Part shown: positions 28,276 to 39,226 of the stretch, in pieces | How positions within the stretch are numbered: position 1 is the stretch's first letter | Layout: every line of letters starts with the position of its first letter | Assembly (NCBI GenBank): GCA_043778225.1 | Contig: JAYWGM010000041.1 | Location: 31,538-95,537 of the forward strand | Length of the DNA stretch: 64,000 nucleotides | From: Deinococcales bacterium | GTDB lineage: Bacteria > Deinococcota > Deinococci > Deinococcales > JAAFIG01 | Reading direction: 5' to 3' | Position numbers and translations under genes: made by a program | Notes under the pieces: generated by a model | The model's input: the letters and a program-made list of their open reading frames with translations, nothing else | What the model was told of the DNA's origin: nothing | The model's database searches: none

Positions 28276-29546
28276 CCTGCTTGAAATTTCTTTCGTAATC
28301 CCTCGAGTCTACCCTTAACTTTTTCTTCCCAACCTTCGCCTGAAGCATTGTAAAATTCGTGCTGCTCGAGTTCTAGCGGCAAGTAACTCTGCTTAAAACT
28401 GCCTTCTGGGTCGTCAAAATAATAGGCGTAGCCTTGTCCATACCCAAGGCTTTTCATGTAGCCCGTTGGTGCATTCCGCAGGTGCAAAGGCACGGCTGCG
28501 CCAGTATGTTGCTGGGCGGTCTCGAGGGCGGCTTTCCAAGCGCTGTAAATCGCATTTGATTTTGGGGCGAGGGCTAGGTAAACCACGGCTTGGGCGAGGG
28601 CTAAATCGCCTTCTGGACTGCCCAGAAATTCAGTACTGTCTCGAGCCGCGATTGCTAGGCGCAATGCTACTGGGTCTGCCAAGCCAATATCCTCGGATGC
28701 CATTCGCACCAAGCGCCGCGCCACATAGAGGCTGTCCGCGCCACCAGCAATCATTCGGGCAAGCCAGTACAACGAAGCATCCACGTGGGAGGCTCGCACC
28801 GATTTATGCAGGGCACTAATCAGGTTATAAAAATCCTCGCCATTTTTGTCCATCGCTGGGGTTTGCGCCCCGAGGGCTTCGCGGATTCCCTCGAGTGTGA
28901 TGTGGTCATCAGCTTCGGCAGCCACTTCAAGGGCAGTCAGGGCTTTTCGGGCATCGCCATCCACGGCTCGAGCAAGCGCTTCGAGTGCGTCAGGGTCGGC
29001 TTTGGCATTGGGTAAGCCTCGAGCATCAGTCAGGGCTTTGTGCAGTAAGCCCAAAATCTGGTCTGGTGGAATTGGCTCGAGTTTTAGGGTTCGGGTTCTC
29101 GAGCGCAAAGCTGGATTGACTTCAAAACTCGGATTTTCGGTGGTTGCCCCAATCAGAATTAAAAGCCCAGACTCGACGTGCGGCAGGAGTGCATCTTGTT
29201 GGGCTTTATTAAAACGGTGAATTTCGTCCAAAAACAAGACCGTGCGCTGCCCAAAGCCTCTGGCGGTTTCGGCGTGTGTCACCACATCGCGCACATCCTT
29301 GACCCCAGCATTAACAGCCGATAAACCAACAAATTGGGCGTTGGATAAACTCGAGATTAACCGCGCCAGTGTGGTTTTACCACAGCCCGGTCCGCCCCAA
29401 AGTATCAGGCTCGAGAGTTGCCCACGCTCAAGCATTTGGCGCAGGGGTTTGTTTGGGGCAGTTAAGTGTGGTTGTCCAACGACTTCATCTAAGGTGCGGG
29501 GGCGCATTCGCTCGGCAAGCGGGGCATTGGGGGCAAAGAGACTCAT
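28272..29546 (-). CDS. rarA: Replication-associated recombination protein A (AAA+)
   Basis: [57 protein letters not shown]. Confidence 0.95.
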   Translation of the reverse strand: MSLFAPNAPLAERMRPRTLDEVVGQPHLTAPNKPLRQMLERGQLSSLILWGGPGCGKTTLARLISSLSNAQFVGLSAVNAGVKDVRDVVTHAETARGFGQRTVLFLDEIHRFNKAQQDALLPHVESGLLILIGATTENPSFEVNPALRSRTRTLKLEPIPPDQILGLLHKALTDARGLPNAKADPDALEALARAVDGDARKALTALEVAAEADDHITLEGIREALGAQTPAMDKNGEDFYNLISALHKSVRASHVDASLYWLARMIAGGADSLYVARRLVRMASEDIGLADPVALRLAIAARDSTEFLGSPEGDLALAQAVVYLALAPKSNAIYSAWKAALETAQQHTGAAVPLHLRNAPTGYMKSLGYGQGYAYYFDDPEGSFKQSYLPLELEQHEFYNASGEGWEEKVKGRLEGLRKKFQAG

Positions 29547-29576
29547 GCCGAAGAGTCTAATTCAATTTCACATGGC

Positions 29577-30314
29577 TTAAAACAACAACCGCAAGCCACC
29601 CAGCAAAGCTAAACCCAAAGCAATATTATTAAAGACTTGCTGCTCGAGTTTCTGCATTGCCCAGCGCCCGATAAAAACCCCAAGCCAGACCACAGGTATG
29701 AGGTAGAGATTCAGTTCTAAACTCTGGATGTTGACTAAGCCTAAGCCCAACATAAACGGCAACTTAAAAAGATTGACCACACAAAAAAACCAAGCAGTTG
29801 TGCCGACAAATTCGTTTTTGGGTAAACGCATTGCCAGTAAATACAGCGCCATAATTGGACCAGCCGCATTGGCAATCAGGGTCGTAAAACCGGCAATAAT
29901 TCCAGCCAAGCCAGCCGCAATCGGATGCTGCACCAAGCCCAACCCTGCTTGGCTGTTGCTCGAGCGCCAAAATTGCAACCCGCACAGCACCAAAATAATC
30001 ACACCCATCAGACGTTTGACCACCGCATCATCTATTTGCCCAAGCAGCAACGCCCCAAAGACCACGCCAAGCGCCGCACTTGGAAAAATCCGCCACAGTT
30101 CGCGCCAATTGGCAGAATTGCGAAATAACAAAACCGCCACCACATCGGCAGCAATCAAAAGCGGCAAAAGCGCTCCAGTCGCAACTTTGGTGGGCAGCAC
30201 TTGAGCAAACAGCACCACCGCCATGATATTGATGCCCGGCAAACCGCCCTTGCTCGAGCCAGCCACCAATGCCCCAAGCGCCAACAGCACCCACTCGAGC
30301 CAAGTCAATTGCAT
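29577..30314 (-). CDS. Sulfite exporter TauE/SafE family membrane protein
   Basis: Hydrophobic; SKGGLPG, ANAAGPIMALY, FVGTTAWFF, NLFKLP. Confidence 0.85.
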   Translation of the reverse strand: MQLTWLEWVLLALGALVAGSSKGGLPGINIMAVVLFAQVLPTKVATGALLPLLIAADVVAVLLFRNSANWRELWRIFPSAALGVVFGALLLGQIDDAVVKRLMGVIILVLCGLQFWRSSNSQAGLGLVQHPIAAGLAGIIAGFTTLIANAAGPIMALYLLAMRLPKNEFVGTTAWFFCVVNLFKLPFMLGLGLVNIQSLELNLYLIPVVWLGVFIGRWAMQKLEQQVFNNIALGLALLGGLRLLF

Positions 30315-31306
30315 TAAAAAGTTTTCTCGTGCCAGCGCAACACACTGGCAGCCCAGGTCAGACCCGCGCCAAACGTGACCATCAGCAAATGGTCGCCGTC
30401 CTTAATTCGCCCGTCGTCTATGGCTTCGCGCATCGCCAGACCAATGCTGGCGGCACTGGTGTTGCCATAACGGTCAACATTGGCAACCACACGCTCTTCG
30501 GGCAATTTTAAGTATTCTCGAGCCGCGTCAATAATTCGGTAATTGGCTTGGTGCGGAATAAACTGGGCGATGTCCTCGAGCGTTAAACCCGCCTCGAGAA
30601 CCGCTTGTTCGGTGGCGGTGTGCATCACCCGCACGGCAAACTTAAAAACCTCGCGCCCGTTCATCGAAACAAATTCGGAAAGTGGGTTGCCATCGGGCAG
30701 GGTTTTATTGATACAGCGCATATTCAGGTGCTTGCCGCCAGCCCCATCTGTCCCCAGCACAAAACTCTTAAAGCCATAGTGGGCTGGCACAGCTTCAACA
30801 ATCCCAGCGCACGCCCCATCACCAAACAGCACCAAAGTGGTGCGGTCGGACCAATCAAGAATTTTGGTCAAGGATTCTGCGCCTATCGCCAGAACTTTTT
30901 TACGGATGCCACTTTTGGTATAAGCCGCCGCCACCGAAAGCGCATAAAGCCAGCCAGGGCAAGCCGCCAATAAATCAAAAGCCCCAGCCTCGAGACCAAA
31001 ATGATGCTGGACCAAAGCTGCTGTTTGTGGAAAAAGCGCATCTGGGGTGCTGGTCGCCACAATCACCATGTCCACACCATCCAAGACATTTGCACCATAA
31101 CGCCGCACCAAGTCCTCGACTGCGCCAATACACAAATGACTGGTGAATTCGTCGGCTCGAGCAAAACGCCGTTCTTTAATTCCAGTACGGCTCTGAATCC
31201 ACTCGTCCGACGTTTCTACCCCACGCCGCGCCAAATCGTCGTTGGTCACGATTTCTTCTGGAACATACGCGCCAAGTGCGGTTAAACCAACAAAACTCGA
31301 GTTCAT
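30314..31306 (-). CDS. fabH: 3-oxoacyl-ACP synthase III
   Basis: TSDEWIQSRTGI, AACPG, FGDGA, PHQAN, YGNTSAAS, FGAGLTW. Confidence 0.93.
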   Translation of the reverse strand: MNSSFVGLTALGAYVPEEIVTNDDLARRGVETSDEWIQSRTGIKERRFARADEFTSHLCIGAVEDLVRRYGANVLDGVDMVIVATSTPDALFPQTAALVQHHFGLEAGAFDLLAACPGWLYALSVAAAYTKSGIRKKVLAIGAESLTKILDWSDRTTLVLFGDGACAGIVEAVPAHYGFKSFVLGTDGAGGKHLNMRCINKTLPDGNPLSEFVSMNGREVFKFAVRVMHTATEQAVLEAGLTLEDIAQFIPHQANYRIIDAAREYLKLPEERVVANVDRYGNTSAASIGLAMREAIDDGRIKDGDHLLMVTFGAGLTWAASVLRWHEKTF

Positions 31307-31335
31307 GTAAGGACACAGTATACGCCCAAGGGCAA

Positions 31336-31383
31336 GGTGAAAGGGTCAAAAGGAGAAAAGGTGAAAAGGTCAAAGGGTGAAAA
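31336..31383 (+). repeat. Six tandem degenerate octamers GG(T/A)(G/C)AAA(A/G)
   Basis: GGTGAAAG GGTCAAAA GGAGAAAA GGTGAAAA GGTCAAAG GGTGAAAA, followed by a complementary TTTTGACC. Confidence 0.75.
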
Positions 31384-31451
31384 GCAAGAGTTACTTTTGA
31401 CCTTTTTGTTCCTTTGCGCTCATCACCCAAATATGAGTAGAATAAGCCCAC

Positions 31452-32204
31452 ATGGTCAAAGTCATCGCCATCGGAGACATTCACACAGACTGGGGTTTGC
31501 TTTACGGCGCACTCAAAGCCTCGTTTGCAATGGATGCTCAAGGCAACCCGACTGCGCCAGTTCTTGATGGGCGCTACAAAGTCATTTTGATGGGTGATTT
31601 GGTTCACCCCAAAACAATTGCCCGCTATGAGGAAATTACTGGGCGCGAAGGCTACGATTTCCGTGACCCCGACCACTTAAAAAGCGCTTCTCGGGCGCAG
31701 ACTCGAGAACTCTATAAAATTAAAGAATATGTCGAAAAAGCGGCTGGCAACGTTGAAATTATTTTAGGCAACCACGACGATGCTGCCCTCGAGCATAAGT
31801 TTTTACTGGGCAACGCCATGGGCGTGATTCATGCCGAATTTGACCCCAACAAAAGCGGTACGCCACTGCCCGAAGACCTACAAGACTGGATTCGTGGCTT
31901 TAAGCGCTATATTCGCATTGAAGGGATTCATTTTTCGCACGCCGGACCGCTGCCGGGGATGATGTACTTTGACGACTTTTTTTACAACGACCGTGATTCC
32001 AAGCACTGGTGGCACGAGAAACCGCACTACCTCAAAGACGCTGGGCATACCTTTGGGGTCTACGGACACACCGTCATGAAAGAGGGGATTGTGCTAAACC
32101 TCGAGTCTGGCTTTGCGATGATTGATGCCCTCGAGAAGCGCCAATACCTCGAAATGCTGATTGGCGACGACGGGCAATTTCAGGCTCGAATCGCAAATTT
32201 TTAA
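31452..32204 (+). CDS. Calcineurin-like metallophosphoesterase
   Basis: GDIH, GDLV, GNHD, SHAG, GHT motifs. Confidence 0.88.
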   Translation: MVKVIAIGDIHTDWGLLYGALKASFAMDAQGNPTAPVLDGRYKVILMGDLVHPKTIARYEEITGREGYDFRDPDHLKSASRAQTRELYKIKEYVEKAAGNVEIILGNHDDAALEHKFLLGNAMGVIHAEFDPNKSGTPLPEDLQDWIRGFKRYIRIEGIHFSHAGPLPGMMYFDDFFYNDRDSKHWWHEKPHYLKDAGHTFGVYGHTVMKEGIVLNLESGFAMIDALEKRQYLEMLIGDDGQFQARIANF

Positions 32205-32596
32205 GGCAGTACCGCAATCACTTCGACCTCGAGCCGAACTTCGGGGCTACCCAGCGAAGCCACAATTAAACCCGTGTGCGGTGGGCGGTGCAAACCAAAA
32301 AATGCCAGCCGAGCTTCGGTGACGGCTTTAGATTCGGTGCTGTCCACCAGATACGTCGTGATTTTAACTACGCTTTCCCTTGGGAAACCAGCCGCCTCGA
32401 GAACTGCTGCTAGATTCTGGTACACCTGTTTGGCTTGGGCAGCCGCATCAAAAGGCGCAACCAACACGCCGTTTGCGTCTCGAGCCACCTGACCCGCCAC
32501 GTAAAGGGTATTGCCTGCCCGCATGGCATGGTTGTACGTGGCGGGTTGGTAAATGCCTTCTGGTTGGATCATTTGATAAAAATGGGTTTGAGACAC
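32201..32596 (-). CDS. RidA/YjgF family protein
   Basis: LYVAGQV, VVKITTYL, RPPHT, LEVEVIA. Confidence 0.88.
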   Translation of the reverse strand: MSQTHFYQMIQPEGIYQPATYNHAMRAGNTLYVAGQVARDANGVLVAPFDAAAQAKQVYQNLAAVLEAAGFPRESVVKITTYLVDSTESKAVTEARLAFFGLHRPPHTGLIVASLGSPEVRLEVEVIAVLP

Positions 32597-32613
32597 GAAT
32601 AATTCCTTTCAAG

Positions 32614-33741
32614 TCACAACACGATCTCGAGAACCTTTTCAATCACATAATCGCGCTGGACTTGGCTCAGTTCTGGGCTGACTGGCAAACATAACAAGCG
32701 CTCGCAGGCGGCTTCGGCAATTGGAAATGTGCCTTTTTGCAAACCCATTTCGGCATAGGCGGGTTGCAGATGCAGGGGCGGCACATACGCCAGCGTGGTC
32801 GAAATTTCAGCCTTGAGCAGGTGTTGCTGCAAGGCATCTCGGTTGGATAGGCGAATCACATAGTTCCTAAAGGTATGAACCGCTTCTGGGCGAATGGTGG
32901 GAAGCTCGAGGTTGGTGTTGGCAAAGGCGGCTGAATAGGCTTTGGCGTGTTCTAATCGTATGGCGATGCGCTCGAGGGTTAAAGGCAATTGCACCCGTAA
33001 AAGCGCGGCTTGCAGTTCGTCGAGGCGTTCGTTGACCCCTTTGACCAAAAGGTGCTGTCCTTGGGCGGTTTTGTCGTAGACCCGCTCGCGGGGTTGTCCG
33101 TAGCCAACAAATAATTGCATTTGGTTTGCGAGTTCTGGGTTATTGGTGACACAAATTCCACCACTGCCAAAACCACCAAGGTGCTTGGTTGAAGCAAAAC
33201 TAAAACAGCCAATATCGCCCCATAAGCCCATTCCTCGAGCCTTGATGCTTGCGCCCAATGCCAAGCAAGCATCTTCAATCACCAATAAGCGGTGTTGCTT
33301 GGCAATCTGCATAATTTGGGTCATGTCGGCAGGATGCCCGTACAAATGCACGGGTAAAATCGCTTTGGTCTGCTTGGTGATGGCTGCCTCGAGCAAGTCA
33401 GGGTCGAGGTTCATGGTGTCGGCTTGCACATCCACAAAAACAGGTGTTGCGCCAACATGGTAAATCGCTGAGGCTGTTCCCGCGTCGGTGTTGGGGGCAG
33501 TGATGACCTGATTGCCTTTGCCGATGCCAAGAGCTAACAACGCAAGGCGTAAAGCTGCTGTGCCAGAATTGCAAGCCACGGCGTAACTTGCCCCGACCAG
33601 AGAAGCAAATTCTTGTTCTAGGGCTGGGACTTCTTGTCCCCAATCAGGACGACCACTCGAGAGAACACAATCAAATGCCTCTTGAAACCCGAGTTTTTGG
33701 GCGGCGTAACGTTTGGCATGGTCATACATCGGAACGTGCAT
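32614..33741 (-). CDS. DegT/DnrJ/EryC1/StrS sugar aminotransferase
   Basis: CNSGTAAL, PVHLYG, EDAC, SFASTKHLGG, RLDELQAA, LCLP. Confidence 0.88.
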   Translation of the reverse strand: MHVPMYDHAKRYAAQKLGFQEAFDCVLSSGRPDWGQEVPALEQEFASLVGASYAVACNSGTAALRLALLALGIGKGNQVITAPNTDAGTASAIYHVGATPVFVDVQADTMNLDPDLLEAAITKQTKAILPVHLYGHPADMTQIMQIAKQHRLLVIEDACLALGASIKARGMGLWGDIGCFSFASTKHLGGFGSGGICVTNNPELANQMQLFVGYGQPRERVYDKTAQGQHLLVKGVNERLDELQAALLRVQLPLTLERIAIRLEHAKAYSAAFANTNLELPTIRPEAVHTFRNYVIRLSNRDALQQHLLKAEISTTLAYVPPLHLQPAYAEMGLQKGTFPIAEAACERLLCLPVSPELSQVQRDYVIEKVLEIVL

Positions 33742-33744
33742 TTT

Positions 33745-35274
33745 TCAAACCTCAAATTTGTACAACGACTTAAATTTGGTCTCGAGATACTCGAGGTACG
33801 GCGCAGCATCAAGGGTTCGTCCTGTGGCTTTCTCGAGCAGTTCATCGGGTGAATAGGTACGTCCGTAGCGGTAAACGTGTTCGGTCAACCATTGGCGCAA
33901 AGGGGCGTACTGACCACTGCCAAGGGCTTGGTGCAAATTCGGGATTTGCTGTTCGGCACTTTCATACAACTGTGAAGCCATGATGTTGCCAATCGTGTAA
34001 CACGGAAAAGAACCGATGTTGCTGTGCGACCAATGAATGTCTTGCAGCACCCCTCGAGCATCGTCTGGTGGGCGGATACCAAGATAATCGTGCATTTTTT
34101 GATTCCAGACTTCGGGCAGGTCTTTGACCGCAACCGAGCCATCCATTAAAGCCATTTCGATTTCAACCCGCACCATAATGTGCAAGTTATAGGTCACTTC
34201 ATCGGCTTCAACTCGAATCAGGCTGGGCTTGACGGTGTTGACAGCTTCGTAAAATGTTCGACTGTCCACATCCTCGAGTTGTTTTGGGAACATTTCTTGT
34301 AAACGCCCAAACCAATGCTGCCAAAAGGCTTCGGAGCGCCCAACAATGTTTTCCCAAAGCCTCGATTGGGATTCATGAGCGCCAAAACTCACGCCACCCA
34401 CGGCGTACATCCCTTTTAAGTCGGAAGTCAGAGCGCTGCGGGTTAGTTCTGGAGAGACCGACTGCTCGTACATGGCATGACCTGCTTCGTGCAGCACACC
34501 AAAAAGCGCAGTTGGTAAAAAATTTGGATTGTAACGGGTGGTCATACGAACATCGTTGCGGGTGAACGAAATCTCAAACGGATGCAGCGATTCATCCAAA
34601 CGCCCTCGTTGCAAATCAAAACCAAATTCGGTGGCAACCTCGAGGGCAAATTGTTTTTGCAAAGAAACAGGGTAATACCGCTCGAGAAAATCGGTGCGTG
34701 GTTTTTTTGGAGCTTCGACAATGCTTTGCAGCAATGGCACAACCCGTTCTCGTAAGCCCGAAAACAAGGTTTGTAAGCGAGCCGCCGTCATGCCCGGTTC
34801 GTACAAACTCAGCATCGCATCGTAAGGATGTTCTTTGAAACCAATGGCTGAGGCAAATTCTTGATTTAAGGCAAACATTCTGGCTAAGTCAGGCGCAAAA
34901 TGGGAAAAGTCATTGCGTTCTTTGGCTTCTGCCCAAGTTTTCCCTGCTACTGAACGCAAATTTGCCAATTCTCGAGTCAGGGCTGGAGGAGTGCGCCTAA
35001 ATAAATCACTGGCTTCTCGTACCGCTTGGATACTGCGTCGTTCGGCAATACTTAAACTCGAGTTTTGCTGTTCGGCTTTCTCGAGTAACCTTTGCAAATG
35101 ATCTGAAACCAAACGCTCTTGGGCAATACCAGACAAGGTAGCGACTTGATGCCCTCGAGTGACCGTGCCACCCACAGGCATTTGGGTGCGCCCATCCCAA
35201 TTGAGAATCGAAATGGCATTTAACACATCGTTAATTTCGGCAACATACGCGCTCAGTTCGGCAAAGGCACTCAT
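33745..35274 (-). CDS. Carboxypeptidase Taq (M32)
   Basis: HPF, HEAGH, HESQS, IRVEADEVTY, QDIHW. Confidence 0.93.
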   Translation of the reverse strand: MSAFAELSAYVAEINDVLNAISILNWDGRTQMPVGGTVTRGHQVATLSGIAQERLVSDHLQRLLEKAEQQNSSLSIAERRSIQAVREASDLFRRTPPALTRELANLRSVAGKTWAEAKERNDFSHFAPDLARMFALNQEFASAIGFKEHPYDAMLSLYEPGMTAARLQTLFSGLRERVVPLLQSIVEAPKKPRTDFLERYYPVSLQKQFALEVATEFGFDLQRGRLDESLHPFEISFTRNDVRMTTRYNPNFLPTALFGVLHEAGHAMYEQSVSPELTRSALTSDLKGMYAVGGVSFGAHESQSRLWENIVGRSEAFWQHWFGRLQEMFPKQLEDVDSRTFYEAVNTVKPSLIRVEADEVTYNLHIMVRVEIEMALMDGSVAVKDLPEVWNQKMHDYLGIRPPDDARGVLQDIHWSHSNIGSFPCYTIGNIMASQLYESAEQQIPNLHQALGSGQYAPLRQWLTEHVYRYGRTYSPDELLEKATGRTLDAAPYLEYLETKFKSLYKFEV

Positions 35275-36680
35275 AACAACCCCAATTGGCGCAGTGCTTT
35301 TGCGCCGCCCTCGAGATTGCTGTGGTTCATTCCCGCGTAATTCGGACTGTAGACAATTCCTTTTGCGCCGTTGCTGTACGAAGCCAGCACACTTTGTTCA
35401 ACAATTTCTGGGGTGCAAATGGCTTGGGTGGCGCTGCTGCGCGGGGCATCCACACCAATGCCCATGTAGACTGGAACTTTGCCCTGAACGGCACGCACCG
35501 TGTCTCGAGCTTGTCCGCCGACGTAGGTGTCTGGGTTCATTCCAGTCTCGAGCAGACTGTCCCACGGAGCTTCTTGTAAACCAAGCAATTTGTACATGAT
35601 TGGGGTTAATTCTTGGGGCGTAAAATCACGTAGGATGCTCTGGTGGAGTTCGGTCATTTCTTTTTTGTAGACCCCGCCTGACTGATGCTGATAAGTAATT
35701 GGTTTGACCCAATCGGAGTACATCGTTTGTTCTTCCCATGACCATTGGGCTTTACGAATCGGATTAAAATGATTGCGATTCCAGACATTAAGCCCAAAAC
35801 TGAGATTGGGATTGCACCATTTGACGATGCCATACAATTCGCGGTCAAGGTCTTTGTTGCGCTCGAGCCAAAAGCGTTCCCAAATCAGAATTTCTGGGTT
35901 TCGCAGCAGCATCCGTAAAAATTCAATAAAAAAACCTTCCTCGCCACCCTTGCCTGCTCGAGCATTCTGAAAGTACGCATAGGCTTCGCGGTAAGCAATT
36001 AAAACCCGTTCGACATCAATGCCGCGTTGGGTGGCTTCGTATCTGGCGGCTGGACTAAAATCATTGGCGGCATTACCAGCAATTAGATTATCCAGTGGGC
36101 TGCGCCGTTCGTTGCACCACATGATGCCATCAATATCGTAATTTCTGGCATAATCCTCGAGAACCGAATGCAGCCATGTGCGGTAATGCGGATTGGAGGT
36201 GCTGGGTTCAGAACCGATTCTGCCAAACTGGTCTATCTCGAGATACTGTGGCAGGTTCGGGATTTGTACTGTGTTGGCGCTGCCGTGGTCGGCATACTTA
36301 AAAAGCGGTTCCATGACTTCGGGCATGACTTTCATACCGCGTTTATGAGCAGCTTCAATCACCATCTCGAGAATGTCCATACCAGCCATGCCGGGGTCGG
36401 TATTAGAAAAATTAGTAATGCTGGTATTTCTATAAAATTCTGGATGATGCAAAATGTACGAACCACCACGCATCTGGTCGGGTTCTTGGATGCCGTGGTC
36501 TGGGAAGCCCTCGAGTTGATGCGAAATGCGCCGCCCGACTTTTAAGCCAAGCCAAGACAGCGTACCGATTAAAAGCACGTTAATCCCAAAGCGAGTTTGT
36601 AGCGTCTCGAGGAGCGGTTCTACGCCCTCGTCAAGGAAACTGATTGGGCTGATTTGAATACCAACAAATTTATCGGTCAT
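35271..36680 (-). CDS. Hypothetical protein, glycoside-hydrolase-like TIM barrel
   Basis: AAHKRGMKV, YDIDGIMWCNER, VPVYMGIG, GAKGIVYS pattern; no signal peptide. Confidence 0.5.
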   Translation of the reverse strand: MTDKFVGIQISPISFLDEGVEPLLETLQTRFGINVLLIGTLSWLGLKVGRRISHQLEGFPDHGIQEPDQMRGGSYILHHPEFYRNTSITNFSNTDPGMAGMDILEMVIEAAHKRGMKVMPEVMEPLFKYADHGSANTVQIPNLPQYLEIDQFGRIGSEPSTSNPHYRTWLHSVLEDYARNYDIDGIMWCNERRSPLDNLIAGNAANDFSPAARYEATQRGIDVERVLIAYREAYAYFQNARAGKGGEEGFFIEFLRMLLRNPEILIWERFWLERNKDLDRELYGIVKWCNPNLSFGLNVWNRNHFNPIRKAQWSWEEQTMYSDWVKPITYQHQSGGVYKKEMTELHQSILRDFTPQELTPIMYKLLGLQEAPWDSLLETGMNPDTYVGGQARDTVRAVQGKVPVYMGIGVDAPRSSATQAICTPEIVEQSVLASYSNGAKGIVYSPNYAGMNHSNLEGGAKALRQLGLL

Positions 36681-36792
36681 AAGTTCTTCCTTGGAGTTAG
36701 CGTGAGGTTTATCCATGCACCCTGACTTCATCATCTCTGCTATTTCTGACTAAAAAGTTTATTTCTTACTTCAAGACATAGCACATGGTTTT

Positions 36793-36928
36793 AGTCCTCC
36801 CCGCGAAGCAGGGGAGGTGGCGAGCGAAGCGCGTCGGAGGGGTCTTGCACAGCGTCTACCTGTTGCAGACCCCTCCGTCACTCGTTGCACTCGCGCCACC
36901 TCCACCTACCTAACGGCAGGGGAGGACT
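36793..36928. repeat. Large composite palindrome (two inverted REP-like units, family B)
   Basis: Terminal IR AGTCCTCCCC/GGGGAGGACT; 36794-36854 recurs inverted at 51233-51329. Confidence 0.8.
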
Positions 36929-36996
36929 TTTTGCGTTGCACAAGAATTTCTTGATTAAATCGGAGTGCCTAGAGGCGTGCCTTGCCCCTAGAGTAG

Positions 36997-38184
36997 TCAT
37001 ACAAATCCCTTCCAGAATTGCTCGAGTTTATCCAATGCCCCATCCATGACTGGGCGCGGACACATCAGGCTTAGGCGCACAAAGCCCTCTGCTCCACTGC
37101 CAAAAACGATGCCCGGTCCAACTCGAACGGCGTGTTGTTCTATCAGGCTCGAGGAGAATTCCATTGAACCCATACCTGAACTGCGAATGTCTGCCATGAT
37201 GTAATAACTACCATTGGTGCGAATAAATGGTAAACCCATGCCCTCGAGTCTCGAGATTAAATAGGTTCGTCGGGCGGCATAGGTGGCGAGGCGTTCTGTC
37301 CAAGCAGTTTGGTCGCCAGTTAGGGCGGCTAATGCGCCAAGTTGGGTGGCGGTCGAGGTGCTAATCGAGTGCATATGGCGTGTTTCGGTGGCGACTTGTT
37401 TTAACCAGTTTGGCACAGCCAAATACCCAACCCGTAAGCCAGTCATGCCATACGTCTTGGAAAAACCATTGACGGTAATGGTGCGTTCAAGCATATTGGG
37501 TAATCTGGCAAAAGAAAATTGTTCTGCACCATCGTAAATGTATTTTTCGTACAGTTCATCCGAGACCACCAGAAAATTGTGTTTCTCGGCGAGTGCCGCA
37601 ATGCCCATCATGGTTTCTCGAGTCACCACTGCGCCCGTTGGATTATCGGGGCTAACCACAATCACTATCTTTGTACGCGGCGTAATGGCTGCCTCGAGCG
37701 CGAGTAAATCCCATGACCAACCAGATTCAGGAGTCACTGCGACAGTCACGGCTTTACCGCCACACAACGCCACGATGTTGTTATAGGCACTGTAATACGG
37801 ATTGGTTAGAATAACTTCGTCACCCGGATTTAAGAGCGCCGCGCACATCACATAAATCGCTTCCTGAGCGCCATTACAAACAATGATGTTATCTGAAGTG
37901 TACTCGAGCAAATTTTCTGAACGCAATTTAGCCGCAATCGCTTCACGCAAAGGTGTAATTCCATCATAAGCGGTGTACTGCAAAATGCCACTGCGTAAAC
38001 CTTCGCGCATCGCATCCAGCACAAAGTCTGGCGTGGGTAAATCTGGCGTACCAGAACCAAGATTGACCAGACCCTTAGCACTTTGTACGGCTGCAACCAT
38101 ACGCGGGTTAATCGGGTTGCCTATCGAATGCTCGAGATTAGTAGTAGCAACTCGAGCCAAGAATTTTGAGTAATCATGTGTCAT
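36997..38184 (-). CDS. Class I/II PLP aminotransferase
   Basis: GTPD, PDNPTG, SDELYE, NGFSKTYGMTGLRVG. Confidence 0.92.
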   Translation of the reverse strand: MTHDYSKFLARVATTNLEHSIGNPINPRMVAAVQSAKGLVNLGSGTPDLPTPDFVLDAMREGLRSGILQYTAYDGITPLREAIAAKLRSENLLEYTSDNIIVCNGAQEAIYVMCAALLNPGDEVILTNPYYSAYNNIVALCGGKAVTVAVTPESGWSWDLLALEAAITPRTKIVIVVSPDNPTGAVVTRETMMGIAALAEKHNFLVVSDELYEKYIYDGAEQFSFARLPNMLERTITVNGFSKTYGMTGLRVGYLAVPNWLKQVATETRHMHSISTSTATQLGALAALTGDQTAWTERLATYAARRTYLISRLEGMGLPFIRTNGSYYIMADIRSSGMGSMEFSSSLIEQHAVRVGPGIVFGSGAEGFVRLSLMCPRPVMDGALDKLEQFWKGFV

Positions 38185-39226
38185 GTCTGCCTCCAGTTAA
38201 TCCCAATTCTTTGCTGTACTCGAGTAAATCCAATGTCTGCCCACGGACTGAGCTTTCAGCACACGCCAAAGTTAGTGCCATTGTTTTAAGATGGTCGCGT
38301 CCGCTTGGGTAGGTGCTGGATTGCCCTCGGACGGCGCATAGAAAATCCTCGAGTAAGCCGCGTGTATCGTCCACAAAATCCTCTTGTGGCTCAAGCATGA
38401 TTTCTTCGGGTAGATTTGCGCCAGCTTGCCAATACTCGAGTCCACTAAAAATATCGCGTTGGAAAAGCATTCCTGTTTCGCCATCAGTGCGCCATTCAAA
38501 TTCGTTTTTGCTGTTTGTTCCCATCCACGTGCCAAAGTATTGTAGTTCAATCCCATTTTCAAACTCGAGCCAAGCTGCGACTGTCGCATCCGAGGCGTAC
38601 ATACTCCACGGTGGGTTGGTGGTGCGTCCCCAAATTTTTTTGACTTCGGAATTGTAAATGTATCTTGCTAAATCGAGGTGATGAATGCTTTGCTCGAGCA
38701 GCATTGGCTGATTCATGGTCAGTGGGTATTTATTGAGGAGCGGGCGCTGACCGTTGCGGTAACGCCAATAGTTAATGCGTCCAAAGCCGACTGTGCCTAG
38801 TTTACCGCCAACAATGTATTCGCGGCTTTTAATCGTCGTCTCGAGATAACGAAAATTCATGCCAATCCCCAGTAGAATCCCTGCTTTTTCGGCAACTTCA
38901 ACGCAGGCTAGGGCAGTAGCGGCATCCAATGCCAAGGGTTTTTCGCACAGGACTGGAATACCACGTTTGGCACAAGCGCTAATTTGCTCGAGGTGCAGAC
39001 TTGGTGGTGTGGAAAGCACCACCACATCGGGTTTATATTGCTCGAGTGCAGTTTCTAAATCGGTTAAATGTGGAAACTCGAGACTGGGTAATTTCTCTTG
39101 TAGCGTTTGCATGGCATCCATGCTTGGGTCAACACCAGCCACCAGACTCGAGCCAGTGTTCTCCACAATCACCCGCGCCCAGTGTCGCCCCCTTGTGCCA
39201 AGACCAACCAGCAATGTACGAATCAC
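38174..39226 (-). CDS. Gfo/Idh/MocA oxidoreductase
   Basis: VGLGTRG, VLCEKPLA, EQSIHHLD. Confidence 0.9.
   Translation of the reverse strand: MIRTLLVGLGTRGRHWARVIVENTGSSLVAGVDPSMDAMQTLQEKLPSLEFPHLTDLETALEQYKPDVVVLSTPPSLHLEQISACAKRGIPVLCEKPLALDAATALACVEVAEKAGILLGIGMNFRYLETTIKSREYIVGGKLGTVGFGRINYWRYRNGQRPLLNKYPLTMNQPMLLEQSIHHLDLARYIYNSEVKKIWGRTTNPPWSMYASDATVAAWLEFENGIELQYFGTWMGTNSKNEFEWRTDGETGMLFQRDIFSGLEYWQAGANLPEEIMLEPQEDFVDDTRGLLEDFLCAVRGQSSTYPSGRDHLKTMALTLACAESSVRGQTLDLLEYSKELGLTGGRHDT

Noticed and set aside
29577..30314. TauE-family exporter as part of the HpsN-like cluster
   Set aside because: It is 10 kb away and translationally coupled to fabH; no direct link visible.
36793..36928. 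Possible CRISPR array or structured ncRNA/riboswitch
   Set aside because: No regularly spaced direct repeats with unique spacers, no cas genes and no recognisable riboswitch consensus; explained as a dispersed palindromic repeat.
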